NCBI GenBank assembly: GCA_965645245.1
Contig: OZ287067.1
Coordinates: forward strand, 558,001 to 622,000
Length of the DNA: 64,000 bases
Reading direction: 5' to 3'
Source of the DNA: Massalongia carnosa
Lineage: Eukaryota
Of the stretch, positions 25,374-38,104 are shown piece by piece. The stretch's first letter is position 1, and every line of letters starts with the position of its first letter. The translations under genes were made by a program, and so were the position numbers. The notes beneath the pieces were generated by a model. The model did no database searches. It saw only the letters and a program-made list of their open reading frames with translations, and was not told the DNA's origin.

Positions 25374-25849
25374 CGTTGAGCCTTGATTGCCGGGGACGAG
25401 GGTTGGAGAGGAATGAAGATGGGGAATGCAGTGCGAGCGAAGGGCATGGTACGGGTTCAGCTGGTGTGTTCTCGCTGATCGCTCGTCTTTCTTTCCGTTT
25501 TTTTTTTTGAAAATTGCATATTTCTTGCCGAGGAGGGGGAGGGTTGATCGGCGGGCGGTAGGTAGGAAAGCATTTGTTACGTCGGATTTTTTTATTTTTT
25601 TTAACACCACCAGACAGGTTTAGCCGGGAGAGGAAGGAAAGTATCAATCCAAACATCGATAGATCTTCGGCAGTCCAGCAAGAGAGGTATTTATTTAGTC
25701 ACCACTCGAAAGAATAACAAAGCGCCTTCCCTTTTTTTGCACCACACCCAACCTGTCCTGTCCTGAAACCTAGACTTTTTGAAAAACGCTGCCGTTTTCG
25801 TCTATGTATAATATGTATACCTTTGTATTTATATATTTCCCTCTCTCTT

Positions 25850-25853
<4 letters not shown>

Positions 25854-25884
<31 letters not shown>
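25854..25884. repeat. (CT)n microsatellite
   Basis: About 15 uninterrupted CT units. Confidence 0.95.
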
Positions 25885-25887
<3 letters not shown>

Positions 25888-26559
25888 CTCTACAACTGCA
25901 CCACATACATACATCACTGTATGTTTTTATTTACGTTTTTCCCCCTCTTCTTTTCTCTGAATAATTGTGGTCACTTAGACTTTTCATATGTAGATGATAA
26001 GACACCATCTAACTGTAACCCGAGAGAGATAGACCTCTCACGTAGGCCAGACAGCAGGTGCTGTGTTGCACGGAACGGTATCAATCGTATAGTTGTGTAT
26101 GCATATTGCATTCATTGAATTAGCGCAAATCAATCATTCTTGTTATGATTTGCTCATCTTTCTACTTTTTTGCGTTACCTATTCTTTTCGTATGGACGTT
26201 TTAGTTGGCTTTTTCTGAACCAAGTTAAAATCAACTGCAACTGCAACTGTGACAAGATCTTGAGTTTTCAAGAGAGCATGCAATTGAGTTTTACAAATAT
26301 ATGACTGGATGATATTCAAGGGTTGATATTATTATTTTACTTCTTGATGTTTCTTGTTCTAGCGAAGATGCAAAAGGGGCAAACTTCCGAATTTCCCTGA
26401 ATTGGTCGACAAATCAATGCTTCAATAAATAGGCACACACTTGAAACCCTCGCTTCTAGGTCTTCCCGCGCAGTCGTAAATGGGGTGAGTAAACGCCCAA
26501 AAGCATAAAGGCCCAATGACTGACAGAGGTCTAAAGTCTGCCTTGGTATTGACCTGGTA

Positions 26560-26770
26560 AACAACATCAATGATGATGACCCAAATAGTAAGCAGGACAC
26601 AGCGTTTAAAGATTTGATTATCCCTGAGGACCACAAAACAGTTGTGAAAGCCCTAGTGGCAAATCATTCCCGCGGATCAACGCCAGTACGCATCGATGCA
26701 GATAAAACCCGGCAGATAGACCTGATTCGCGGCAAAGGAAAAAAAGGGCCTTGTTACCTTACTACACGAC
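26560..26770 (+). pseudogene. Fragment of a fungal AAA+ ATPase
   Basis: AFKDLIIPEDHKTVVKALV...DLIRGKGK, then after a frameshift in an A-run GLVTLLH; this resembles the segment preceding Walker A, which is absent. Confidence 0.7.
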
Positions 26771-27711
26771 ATACGGCCAGCCAGGAACGCTTGACTCGGC
26801 CACCGCTAACTCCCGTTCCGGCAAGCCCCTTCTCCTACCAAAATCCCCGTGGCGCGGGGGGAGAAAGCGTGAACAGGAAGAATAGGCGCGCAAACGAGGC
26901 CCCGAAGAACTGGCGGAACTCGAGCGATGGGGGAAGCGGAGCTGAACGGACAAGGGAGTCGTTTTGCCAGGGTCGGACGATGATGATGATGATGGAAAGG
27001 GACTTTTAAATTACTTTATGCTGTGCGTGGGGGGCTGTATGATTAATATTGCCAGAAAAGGGGCGGGAATCAATCAATCAATCAACCAACACCCTAGCGA
27101 GTAATCATGTATGCAACTTCAGCCGAATTTTAAAATTTTTTTAAAAAAAAAAAATAGATATATATCAAAACCCATCCAACCCATTAAAATAAACTAGTTT
27201 TACATCAAGTTAGCTAGATAACTCCAGCCTAAGTATGCTCTGTTGTTTTACTTACCACCCACATCCCTGGACCTATGTATCCATGTATGTACTCCGTAAC
27301 TCGGTACGGAGTACATACAGGTAGGTATTGTATGTATGTATGCATGTATTGATAAATAGGGAACGGGGGTAAGTCTGCAACGTATGGCAACACCAACCAA
27401 CCCTCTCTTCTCACCAGGACTGTCTTAGACATACATACCGAGAAAAGGGGTGTGCTGATGGAAGGAGGTTGCGACGTGGCAGATAGAGGTGAACACACGA
27501 CCGAGAATAGTCATGTGAAGCACTCGACTAGACAGACGACTGCACGAGTGAATTGTGGAGTCACCATGACTAACTATGTGACAAAGATGATCAGCAAAAT
27601 ACCCCTTTTATCTTCACCCTTTGGCCGTGCAGAGCCTGCTCTGTCTGTCACCTGACCATCTATGGCATGTGTGGCCGCGCCACAATGCATATATACATAC
27701 ACACACACACA

Positions 27712-27714
<3 letters not shown>

Positions 27715-27746
<32 letters not shown>
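27715..27746. repeat. (AG)n microsatellite
   Basis: 16 AG units. Confidence 0.95.
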
Positions 27747-27751
<5 letters not shown>

Positions 27752-27952
27752 ATTCGTGATTGGTCGTTTTTCGAGAGAAGCACACAGGTCACTCTTCTTG
27801 GTTTTATCGAGATTGGTGCGTGTTCATGAATACATATTCTGGTTAACGCTACAGTTTACCCCCTCCTCTCTAATAAAACCGTCCCCCCGTACCTACCGAA
27901 CGAGAATGTTCCCAAAAAAATGAACAATAATAATAACCCCCACCCGCAAACC

Positions 27953-29449
27953 TCATCCTACCATGGCTACCAACACCCTCTCGTAATCCCCGCTCGTATC
28001 GCTCCGGATCCTGCTGACCAGATCCCGCTTATACCGTGCGCGATACGCGCCGCGGACCTGCCCCATGAGCGCGCGATCCCAGTGCAGGCGCACGACGCGG
28101 TTGACCAGCAACTCGTCCTTGGTGCCGGGGCCCTTCATGCACGCCTCCAGCAAGGTGGCGTCGAGCATGGCGCGGTCGGCACCGCAGCGCACCATGCGCA
28201 CGAGCGCGTTTTCCATGTGGCCCGAGAATTCCTTCTTCATGACGGTGTCGAGGGGGATGCGGTATTTGTGTTCGTAGGCGAGGGCGATGGCGCGGATCTG
28301 GCCATCGCTGCGGTTGGTGAGAATGGAGCAGACGGTCAGTTGCTCGGAGCCAATTTTGGCCTCGGTGGCGCGGTGGAGCTCCGTTACGTCCGCGTCAACG
28401 TTCTGCGGCAGCACGGGAGCCGAGTCTTCTTGCCGCGTGCCGGCTACGATCATCATGTACATACGTTCCGTCTTCCCGCTGAGGTCGCCGCGCACGTCCG
28501 AGTCCAGGCTGCGGTGGTACGTTTGCTGGTAGGCTTGCTTGATGGCGGCCATATCGGCGTTGCTACGCCCGATGAGCACGTCGTCGAGCAGGGATTCTTT
28601 GGTTCCTACGCCCTTGAGCGCTTTGTTGAGGCTCCATACATCATGCTGGAGCGGGCCGCGCAGAATGGACATAAGGGCTAGGTTGAAGTAGGAGCTGGTT
28701 TCGGAATTGACATCGCTTTCGAGGCTGCGCTGGTGCCGCTGCTGGTAGGTATCTTTGAGCACGGGGAGTTCGAGCGGGCTGATTTGAGCGAGGATCCGGA
28801 TCAAGGTGGCCTCGTCCGTGCCGAAGCCCTTCATCGCTTTTCGAAGCTCGTCGGCTTGGCGCGTGGCGTCGTAATGAGCTCTTTGGCCGAGTATGTAGCC
28901 TGGAGAAGCGGGTGTCGGCATGACCGGAGGCCCGCCGTATGGCAGCGGAGGCGCATGGCCAAACGGCGCCTGTGGTTGGCCTCCGTATGGAGGTTGCGGC
29001 GAATGAGGGGGGGGATACTGTCCAGGCGGTGGAGCGCCGTATTGACCGGGCGGAGGAGCACCATACTGCCCTTGTGGAGGGGCGCCGTATGGGGGTTGAT
29101 GATATTGCCCTTGGGGAGGGGGAGCGCCATAAGGTTGTTGAGGAGGATACGGGCTATGCGATGGAGCACCGTAGGGCGGTTGCTGCGGTGGATAGCCTGG
29201 ATGCTGTTGAGGAGGGTGGCCCGATGGTGGGTACCCTTGGGGTTGACCATACCCAGGAGCAGGCGATGCGCTGTAGCCCTGTGGAGGTGGATAACCTTGT
29301 TGGGTGGGGTATTGACCAAGAGGCGGCTGCTGATAACCCTCTGCGATGCTGTTAGCAACGCGAGGTCTAGATCAGAAGGATCAGGGTTAGTCACGAGGAG
29401 GCGCCCCATACTGAGGATATCCTCCACCTTGAGGGGGTGGGTATGCCAT
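27953..29449 (-). CDS. Annexin (A7-like) with Pro/Gly/Tyr/Gln-rich N-terminus, ~480 aa
   Basis: Annexin repeats LRKAMKGFGTDEATLI, ALKGVGTKE, CMKGPGTKDELL, DTSGDYERVLV. Exon 1 MAYPPPQGGGYPQYGAPP 29449-29395; intron 29394-29341 restores the frame. Confidence 0.95.
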
Positions 29450-29903
29450 GACTGATGCTTTTGGTGTGGCTTCTTCTCGTTCCCGCACGTATTCTTGGCT
29501 TCGAACCGATCTTGCCTGTACACTGATCGAAGACGAGGAGGAGAGAAATAACTATCGAGATGGAAGAAGATGATACCACGTTGACCAGTTACCCGTCCCT
29601 TACATTTAGCTAGATGACTTAGGCACCTGTACATCTACGGCAAGGCGATAAAACGTCATCAGGAGGGGCAGTGTTTCAAGGGTTTCAATCGAACATGCCC
29701 GATTCGACCGGTAGCCAATCAGCGATGGTTCCCACATTTCGGTACTTGCCAAGTTCAGGGCGGAGGTGTGGCGCACGCTTATCTTGAGGCGGCCATCGGT
29801 ACTCGGTACAGAGTATGGAAACCACTCCGCTGCGAAGCTTCGACTGATCTTGACTCATCATCACGAGAGTTAATCATACATGTACAACCCCCCCGGGACT
29901 CGC

Positions 29904-31233
29904 CTATGCATCTTTAACCCAGCTGTCATCGTCCATCTTCCCTTCCCGTTTACTGCCTTCCTCCCGCCACGTCTCCACGAGTCCTGCCTTGGGATCTTCA
30001 TCGGGGAGGCCACGTCTTCGCCGCACCTTTAAAACTTCACCTCGGATCTGCCTCGTACACTCCTCTCTCAACGCAATCGCCTCCTTCCCGTATCGTAAAT
30101 CGTTGCTCAGAACCCCGAGCTCTAAATCTGCCGCCCCTCGGCGCCTGTGGTCATCCACAAGTTTCTGCCATTTTCTCCGTAGCTCATGGAAGACGGTGTC
30201 TCCTTCACCTCCAACGTTGTCCCCAAACCAGATGCCACATTTCTTGTTGAACCTCGGTATGAATCGTGGCCACTCTCTCGATTCATGCATGATCTGATCA
30301 TTGCCCTCGATCCACATCGGTATGATGTCGGGACAAACGTCAGGTTCCAAGATCAGTCGCGCGACGCCCCATTTGAAATATCGCATCGTCTTTTGCGCAT
30401 GCTGATGAACCCGCCCTTCTGGAAATATATGGAGCCACGAATACTGTCGTGAGCCATATGAGGAAGGGGCAGGAAATGTATCTATGCCGTCTGTAGAATA
30501 CGTATGTGTAGGAGAAGAAAAAGGATCTGCGAGATCAGGGGACCGCAAAGACGGATTGGCCGAAGAGGGCGAGTGCTGAGCCAGCGTCACTGCCGTGGAG
30601 GCTGGGCGCGAAAGGAGGCGAATCGCTTCTCTAAAAGTTGGTTGAAAAAGCCCCCCAAACTCCGAGTGAGCACGACGATGGGTCGGGAGGACTTGACCGA
30701 GCGTAAAAAACGTGGATAAAGCCCTGAGTCCGCGGAAATTCTGTCAGTGGGACAGAAACACCGCTGGATTCGGGAGGACCTACTTATTTGTGAAACATAT
30801 ATCGTAGCTACCAAATGACCAGCGGTGGTTACTTGGATTGAAATGGTAACGAAAAGGCAGCGATCCCCACATCAATGGGTCATCAACTCTGGATACGCTG
30901 TGTTAGCTGGTATACGAAGACGAGTACAGTACCTCAAAACTGTGATACATACGTACACGCTGATGTGATTTGAAACTGATTTACCGATGAGTTTAGAACA
31001 TATAGCAACCATAAGAAAGCTGGAACCGACTCACCCGTAATTAACCCCCTCGTTCTACTCTCAATATCCTGCCTTTTATCTATCAGCTCCAGAAATCCAT
31101 CCAACCCATGTACCTCCGTCGTGTTTGTGCCATATAGAGTTACCCGTGAAATGGCCCCCGTGATGCCCATGACGATTGATGAGCCGATTCGCCATGGCAG
31201 GCTGGGTTGAGACGAAGGCGTGGCCGTAGCCAT
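29904..31233 (-). CDS. TAZ1: Tafazzin (cardiolipin transacylase), multi-exon
   Basis: RGLITVSNHISV/DDPLMWG (HxxxxD motif across short exons), WLHIFPEGRVHQ, MRYFKWGVARLILE. Confidence 0.94.
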
Positions 31234-31406
31234 TGAAAGGATCTATCACGAAGGTAAAATTGAAGGCATTGTGGACGGATATGAGATTTTGTCTACGTAT
31301 GGCCTCCTTGTCCCATCCCGCAAATTTTGCCGGAAGATCGATGATCCGGCCCACTGCTTATCCTTGCGGACCTTTTCTTCATACTCCCAATATCAATATC
31401 GGATTA

Positions 31407-32607
31407 ATGTCTCATAGTAAGCCCAAGGCCTCCTCCCCTCTATTTCACCGACTTATCCCCTACTAGGCAAACGAAATACCTCTCTCGCCTTCTTCACCTC
31501 GCATGAACGTGGCCTGTTAAAGTCCACATGGGGGTCGCAGTCAACTCGCCTCTCCCGGGATTCCTTCCTTCCGTTCGCCTCGTGCCAGCTCTGTCTGCAA
31601 ATCGCCCGTGATCCCGTCGCATGCTCCGCGAACGGAGACATCTTCTGTCGGGAGTGCGCAGTCAGTAACCTCCTGGCGCAAAGGCAGGAAATCAAGCGCT
31701 TGGAGAAGGAAGATGCGCGACGGCGAAAGGAGGAGGCTGAAGGGCAGATCGAGCGAGCCGAGGAGGAGAAAGAGAGGGCCATTGTGGAGTTTGAGAAAGT
31801 GATGATGGGACTAGAGGGTGGTGCGAAGAAACCAGCGCCGGCTTTGGCGAGTAGCGAAGGCGAGCTGAGCCAGAAGGGAGAGAGAGTGGTGAAGCGCAAG
31901 TTCGAACTCGATGAGGATGAGATGCTGGAAAATGCAAAAGCAGAACGGGCAAAAGCGCGCAAAGTGTTGGACGAGGAGAAGGTGAATTTGCTTTCATCTA
32001 TATATATACAGTCTAGTTTCTTGAACGGTATAAGTTGGCTAATCGGTCTCATGATTCTGCTCAGTCCTCCAAGCCCACCCTTCCCTCATTCTGGGTCCCT
32101 TCTTTGACACCTTCGAACAACGCTTCTACTCTGAAAGCGCCTAAGCTCTCCCCGTCATGTCCCTCGTCTTCATCCGCGACTTCTCATCCACTGTCTCTCA
32201 AATCTCTCATACCCATCAGCTTCACCACCACCGAATCGACCTCGTCCACTGAACCTTCAACTCTCATATGTCCCGCATGCAAAAAAGCCCTTTCGAATAC
32301 TCTCAAAGCAATGCTTACAGTACCCTGTGGCCATGTACTTTGCAAACCCTGCGCCGGCAAGTTCATGTCACTTCCAAAAAGACTCCCAGATCCTCATACT
32401 CCTGACGAAGAACCTCATATCGCTTGCTACGTTTGCAATGCTGATCTGAGTGGTAAAGCTCCAGCAAAACATCACAAAGGGAGCGTGAAAGGGGACGAGA
32501 AAGATTCCATGAAGCCGGGATTGGTGGAGATCAACAGCGAAGGAACAGGATTTGCGGGCGGAGGTAATAATATGGCGAGGAGGCAGGGCGTGGCGTTCCA
32601 GTGTTAA
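31407..32607 (+). CDS. NOSIP-like double RING-finger protein
   Basis: MSHS/KRNTSLAFFTSHER across the first intron, SFLPFASCQLCL...GDIFCRECAVSNLL, LPSFWVPSLTP, CPACKKAL...PCGHVLCKPC, EGTGFAGGG...GVAFQC. Confidence 0.9.
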
Positions 32608-32647
32608 ACTTAGTTCAAAGCTATTCCTCCTTCCATTATTTGTCTTG

Positions 32648-33200
32648 CTACTTAACCCGTCTAGCTTTCGTCACCTCTAAACGCTGATATAGCCTATCGT
32701 CCTCTGAAGTCAACTCCATCAGGAAGTCTTCGCATTTGTATTCCGCTGGCACGGTTGCATTACGTAGAGAGTCTCGCCTCTTTTCTCCCTTGTCCACAAA
32801 CATCGCTAGCTCTTCATAGGGAATAATGATCTCATGTGCCAAGCCATCAGGATCAGCCTCAACCTGATATAGTATAAAGTGCTTCAGCTGAACTCGAAGC
32901 GCCTAGTTTGGGACACTAGTTCCATCCGCTTTTCTAATATCCTCGGAAAATTAATACGGTAGGGATGTATAGTTGTTTTTCTCTTTATATACTGATGATA
33001 CCGTCTTCGACTCAACAAATCTCCCTTTATTATCTATCCCGAGTTTTGCGCACCATGCCAAGATTCTTGCACGTTTCGACCCCTTGGAATCTAACTCGAT
33101 ATCAACAACCATTTGAATCTGTTCACTTGATTCACAAATATAATCATCGACCAACTCTGAGAGTTTCTTCTTTCTTGTGAGTAGGCAATCTCGATATTAG
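32648..33200 (-). pseudogene. Remnant of a fungal hypothetical gene with a putative PD-(D/E)XK/Uma2-like motif
   Basis: Broken frames read IEIAYSQERRN / LVDDYICESSEQIQMVVDIELDSKGSKRARILAW / ALRVQLKHF...EIIIPYEELAMFV; frameshifts and stops. Confidence 0.55.
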
Positions 33201-34289
33201 ATTAATCATGGATGATGAGCTTGCATATGAAACTTGGATTGCTTGAATGCCAGCCTAGGAGTTGTAAAGGTTTTTTTTTAATATTTAAAAAGTTGAAGTT
33301 GTATTTATAATAAAATCTTTCTCCACGTGACATGTCTTTTGAGATGATCGATCGTCACTCCTAGACACATTCATAAACTTATTATTTTTAAAAAAATTAG
33401 CTGAAATATCAAAATAATGTCCCGAGAAACTCCTTCTACCTTCACCTCCACCTCTTTCAACCCTTCCTTCTTCATCTCTTCGCCCTTCTCGTTCCATCGC
33501 AAACAATGTTTTCTACAAAATGAGATTGGAGAGCGAAGATTGAAAAATGAAAATGGGAACAAAAGATTAGATTGATGAAAATCGGACCTTCCGAGTAAAA
33601 GGAGAGGCGTAGCAGCATCAATTAGGAGGTGTAGCAGCATAACAAAGGGTTATAACGATAGCAAGATCCTATTTAAAACCTTTAAATGGCGAGTGAGTCC
33701 TTGTGGACGGAGGAATATCAATGTCAAAATACATACATGTTCGCCTCGACATACCCTCTGCTGAAGCTTCAGGTTTAATACTAATGGCCCTACTTTTCTG
33801 GGCTGAATTGGGGTGAAACTGGTCATAATAGTGGGTGAGTGGCTTAAGGTCTTTTGAATGAAGCGTGCATGCCACTAGTCCCGCACTTCTGACATGCATA
33901 AGGCAACATAGCCCCCTCGAAATCGGCGATAGATGGGGCATGAGAAGCGATGATGTTGAGCATTTATTCTTCATTTGCGAATTGTTCCTGTTGCACAAAG
34001 TTGAAAGCTGTTTTTTTGTACTTGTTTCTGTTCTTTAGTTCATACTTATTTTTATTCGTAGAACGACTCCGATTTTCCCACCTTCGTTGGCATCAAACCC
34101 CACTCTTCAATCAGAAATACTTGCGACTATTGATCCGTACTCCAGATCCAAAATCTTCTATTGTAGCCAACGCCTTCTATTGCAGCCAACATCTTCTCCT
34201 ACATCTCACCCAATTTTAAGCTTCTGCACCAATCAGGTTGCATCATCCTTAGTTAGCAGCTAGGGAGGATCATGCGACATTAGCTCCCG

Positions 34290-37200
34290 ATGGCGCTCAA
34301 CTGGGGGGTCACCGATGTCCTCACCATCAGCAAACTCGCCTGGGACCTCTAGCATAACTGTTATCTCGTCGCCAGAGAAGCTCCAGATGATTTCCGTCAA
34401 CTCGTCAACGAGCTTGCTTCCTTGCAGGGCGTTCTGCGTACGTTGCGAGATGACATCAATTCAGATAAATCGTTTTTGGAACGTTTGGGCGAGGATCGCA
34501 AACACACCCTCGAACGCTGCATATCAAATTGTTTTGATACGTTGCGGCAATTGCAGAAGCTGGTCATAAACTATCGAGAGCTGTATGTCGACGAGGGCAA
34601 GCTATTCTGGAAGAAGTTGCAATGGGTTCGAAAGCAGGGCAAGGTTGCTGGTAGGCTCCAATTTATTGAAGAGGCCGGGTAATGCTAAGGCATCTCCTAG
34701 AGCTGAAGTCTAAAATAATGGTTCACACGTGCCATTTGAGCCTGTGTATGAGTTCTATAGGAAAGCAAGTGGTAGAAAACTGATTCATGTAAATGTACGC
34801 TAATTATTATCCAGCTCATCACTCAACAGAATAGAGAAATCCCTTGAGACGGCCATGAAAAGACAGGAAGAGAGTCAACAACCGTCGCAAGAGCTAGAAT
34901 GTGAAAGAGATGAAATGGTTCCTATCAACCCTTCCCGGAGCGTGATCATAAACCAGACGGACGGCTTGAGTGTTGAAGGCGGTATGCAAGGTTTAAGACG
35001 AGCCATCACAGGGACAACACTAGCTGACCCTGGTCCGAATGTTTCTTCAGATTCTATACCGTCCGTGTCTGAAGTGGATGCGACGGAGACCCCCCTCACT
35101 CGGGCTAGACCTACCTTAAAAGCATGGTCGTCAGCCGATAAACCACGTCATGGTTCTGCCCTGAGTTCTGATAGATCCAATCACATATTTCCACTCAGCC
35201 CGAGAGCATATAATGATTATTTATCTGAAAGTCGTCATGTGCGAACTCGAAAAGTCCCTTCTGCAAGTGGTGAATATGTGACCCAAGCATGTGGAAAACT
35301 AAATGTGGTAAACGGAAATAAGGAAAAGAACGTCGTTGAGCTCGTCGCAGACGCTATGAGGGAGTTATCCAAGATTAGAGAAAAGGAACAGTCATTGAGA
35401 CCATTAAGGATTGAACGTCAAGACAAAGATCATCAGCCTGATGATACCCTTAAAGAGCAATTCCAAAATCTTGTAGACGATGAGTTGCGTCTACGTAGAC
35501 TTAATGCAAGAGATTGGCTAAGGGTTGCCACCTGGTGGCTTTTAAAGGTACCAATTCCTTTCCTAACGGATGATGGAGGGGAGTGCTCACGAAGTTTATG
35601 TAGGCAAAGCACAACCTGCGAGACTTGGAAAGGGCTCAAGACTCGAATCCACGTGGTAGTTTCAGCGTCTCCGTCAAAGGAAAGTCTCCGACCAATCAAG
35701 CTTATGTAGATTTGTTGAAAGCATCTTGGATCTTGCACACCATCATCCTGAGAGAAGATAATATATTTTCTCTTCAGATGGATGAAAATCGCAAGCTGTT
35801 TTATAGCCTTTCTGATGTGAGAGACTATCTTCCTCGGGGCTTTTTCGCTAGTTAATGGGCCTATAGGAGATTAGCCATGAGTTCAGTCTCTACAAAGTCA
35901 CTGATACCCCAGCCAAAGAAACGCTGGTAGAGCAAAACTGTAATATATGGGAACTTCTTCAATCAGAAGAGAAAAACTATGACGATGATGAGTTGCTTCC
36001 TGGGTTGGAAAGTGGGCGTTGGATAACCGTGGAGCAAGCAGACGCTGGCGAAGAGGTTTTGCTTCCTCTATTCAAGTATCGAACTTAAAGACTGATGATT
36101 GATGTAGGATGAAAAAGCTCTTTTCCGAACATTTGTAAATGCAGCCATTGGTGGGAAAAAGTATCGGATGAAATCCAAAGATGCTCCTTACATGCTGCTA
36201 TTGTCAACAAAGGAGGGAGAATCCGAACCCAAAATTACAATCTGCAACCAAAGTGGGACTCTTGGAATAAGTAGAGACTGTAGGTGTTCTGCTTACTTGG
36301 TTCATGCAAACTTATCTATAAATGCTCGTTTTCATTGTTTAAGACTAACCTCTGTTAGTCACCATCGACGATCTTCAGGAGTGCGAAACCCCGACGAGTC
36401 CTTATACAAGGTCCCAATCGAGCAGTTCTAATGAGGCTATCCCGCTAAACTTCGGACGATTGAATGTTGTGATCGCATTTACGAATGATAAAGGTAAGTT
36501 ATATATGTAAAGTTTATAGAACTTAGCTGACAGGAGTCGAAGATCTTCAACAATTCATTCGCATTCCTCGTGATTATTTTGAAGCTGTGAAGATGAGAGA
36601 GCCCCGGCAACTGCCTAAAGCAACGGAGACGTTGATTTTCAAAAGGTTCGAAACTAAAAGTCTAGATTGCTGCGTTTGCTTATCATCAACCCAGATCGGT
36701 CGAGCGTTTGAGCAGCTTAAACCGTCTACCATGAAACCATTGAGTCCTCGACAGCAGTTTCATTCCTGCGATCTTCGTGTGCTGGAAACCACCACCAAGG
36801 AAGGATGGCGGACAACTCGAAGATTGGTGATTAGCTCGTCTGCAGCAGAAAAGAAACCATGGTGCAAAGAAATATGTAAGTCTTATAGTTTGCCTGGTTG
36901 AAGGTCTCTCTGCCTATACAAGTGATGCTCTTAACGTTCAACGAGCTAACACCTCATAGTTTTACCATTAAGTAGGGTTCAGGTGAACCGAGAAATTATG
37001 GCAAGACAAGCACTCGTTAAATGGTCGGATTGTACTCACGAGAAAACAACGACGGATGGCAATTATAACCCAGTCTTTAACTACGTCTACGATGATATCG
37101 ATCCGAATATCGCTCTCAGCCTCCTCTTTCGCAACTCTGCCGATGCCACGGACTTTGAAACAAAAATTCTCCAGCTTTCCATCCCTCTAATCTTTTCTTG

Positions 37201-38104
37201 GTCTACCAGTTCCAACTCTCACTTTGTTTATGACATCTCCGATACCGACCCGAATCCCAAAAATTACAAAGCCCTACTCTCGACTCGCACAACGAAAACT
37301 CAATGGAAATACTCGGAGTTGTTTTATATCTACCGAGACACCGATTATCAATATGACCGCGGTGCGAAGCGAGTTCGTCTTATGCAAGTGTATTACATCG
37401 ATTACATCTCCACGCATGTCGATAAGCTTTGTAGGCCCTCGGCCGATAAGCCGCCTCGCTTCTCTCATTGCGAAAAACGGGTAGGGAACACCCTTGTCGA
37501 ATTGGACGATGAGGCCGTGGGCATGGAATTTATGTCATCTCTGTCCGGCGAACACAAACTTATCTTTTCCCGACGGGCCCATCATATCACCACGAAACCT
37601 CCTTCGCGACTGCGGGGCTCCAAATCCAATAAAGGCACGGCCGAAGTGCAGCTATGGCAAAAGGGTAACTCCATTAGGCTGCTGTCAAGGTGGGACGATA
37701 AGGTCGAGGAAAAGTGGTTGAGCATGGCCGTGCCGCCCGGACGTTTGGATAACCGAAAAGACAGCAATCGCGCGAGTTTGCCCACAACTGAGTATGATCG
37801 TGGGAGAAAGATTGATTTGGCAAATTTAGTTGCCAGGGACTCCAAGGAGAAGACCGAGGGCCGGAAAGCTGGACCTATTACTATCGCTTTTGAAAGCGTA
37901 CTAGGTAAGTCGTGGTATGATCTTCTTTAAGAAGAGGCTTAAAAGGGCTCATCAACTAGCAACGGCATTTTGTTATGGTGTAGAATTCCTATACTAGATG
38001 CTAATTGGTATTTAGATAGGGAAGAGTTCGCCGCAGCGATGGATGGGAGTGCCGCACCGCCCACCTTAACTAGAAGTGCACTTGACGACTTAATGATGCT
38101 GTAG
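34290..38104 (+). pseudogene. Multi-exon gene with fungal STAND N-terminal (SesA/HeLo-like) domain; TAG at codon 21
   Basis: MALNWGVTDVLTISKLAWDL*HNCYLVAREAPDDFRQLVNELASLQGVL; many downstream exons with clean splice signals; ends DDLMML-TAG at 38104. Could be an intact gene with a sequencing error. Confidence 0.7.
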
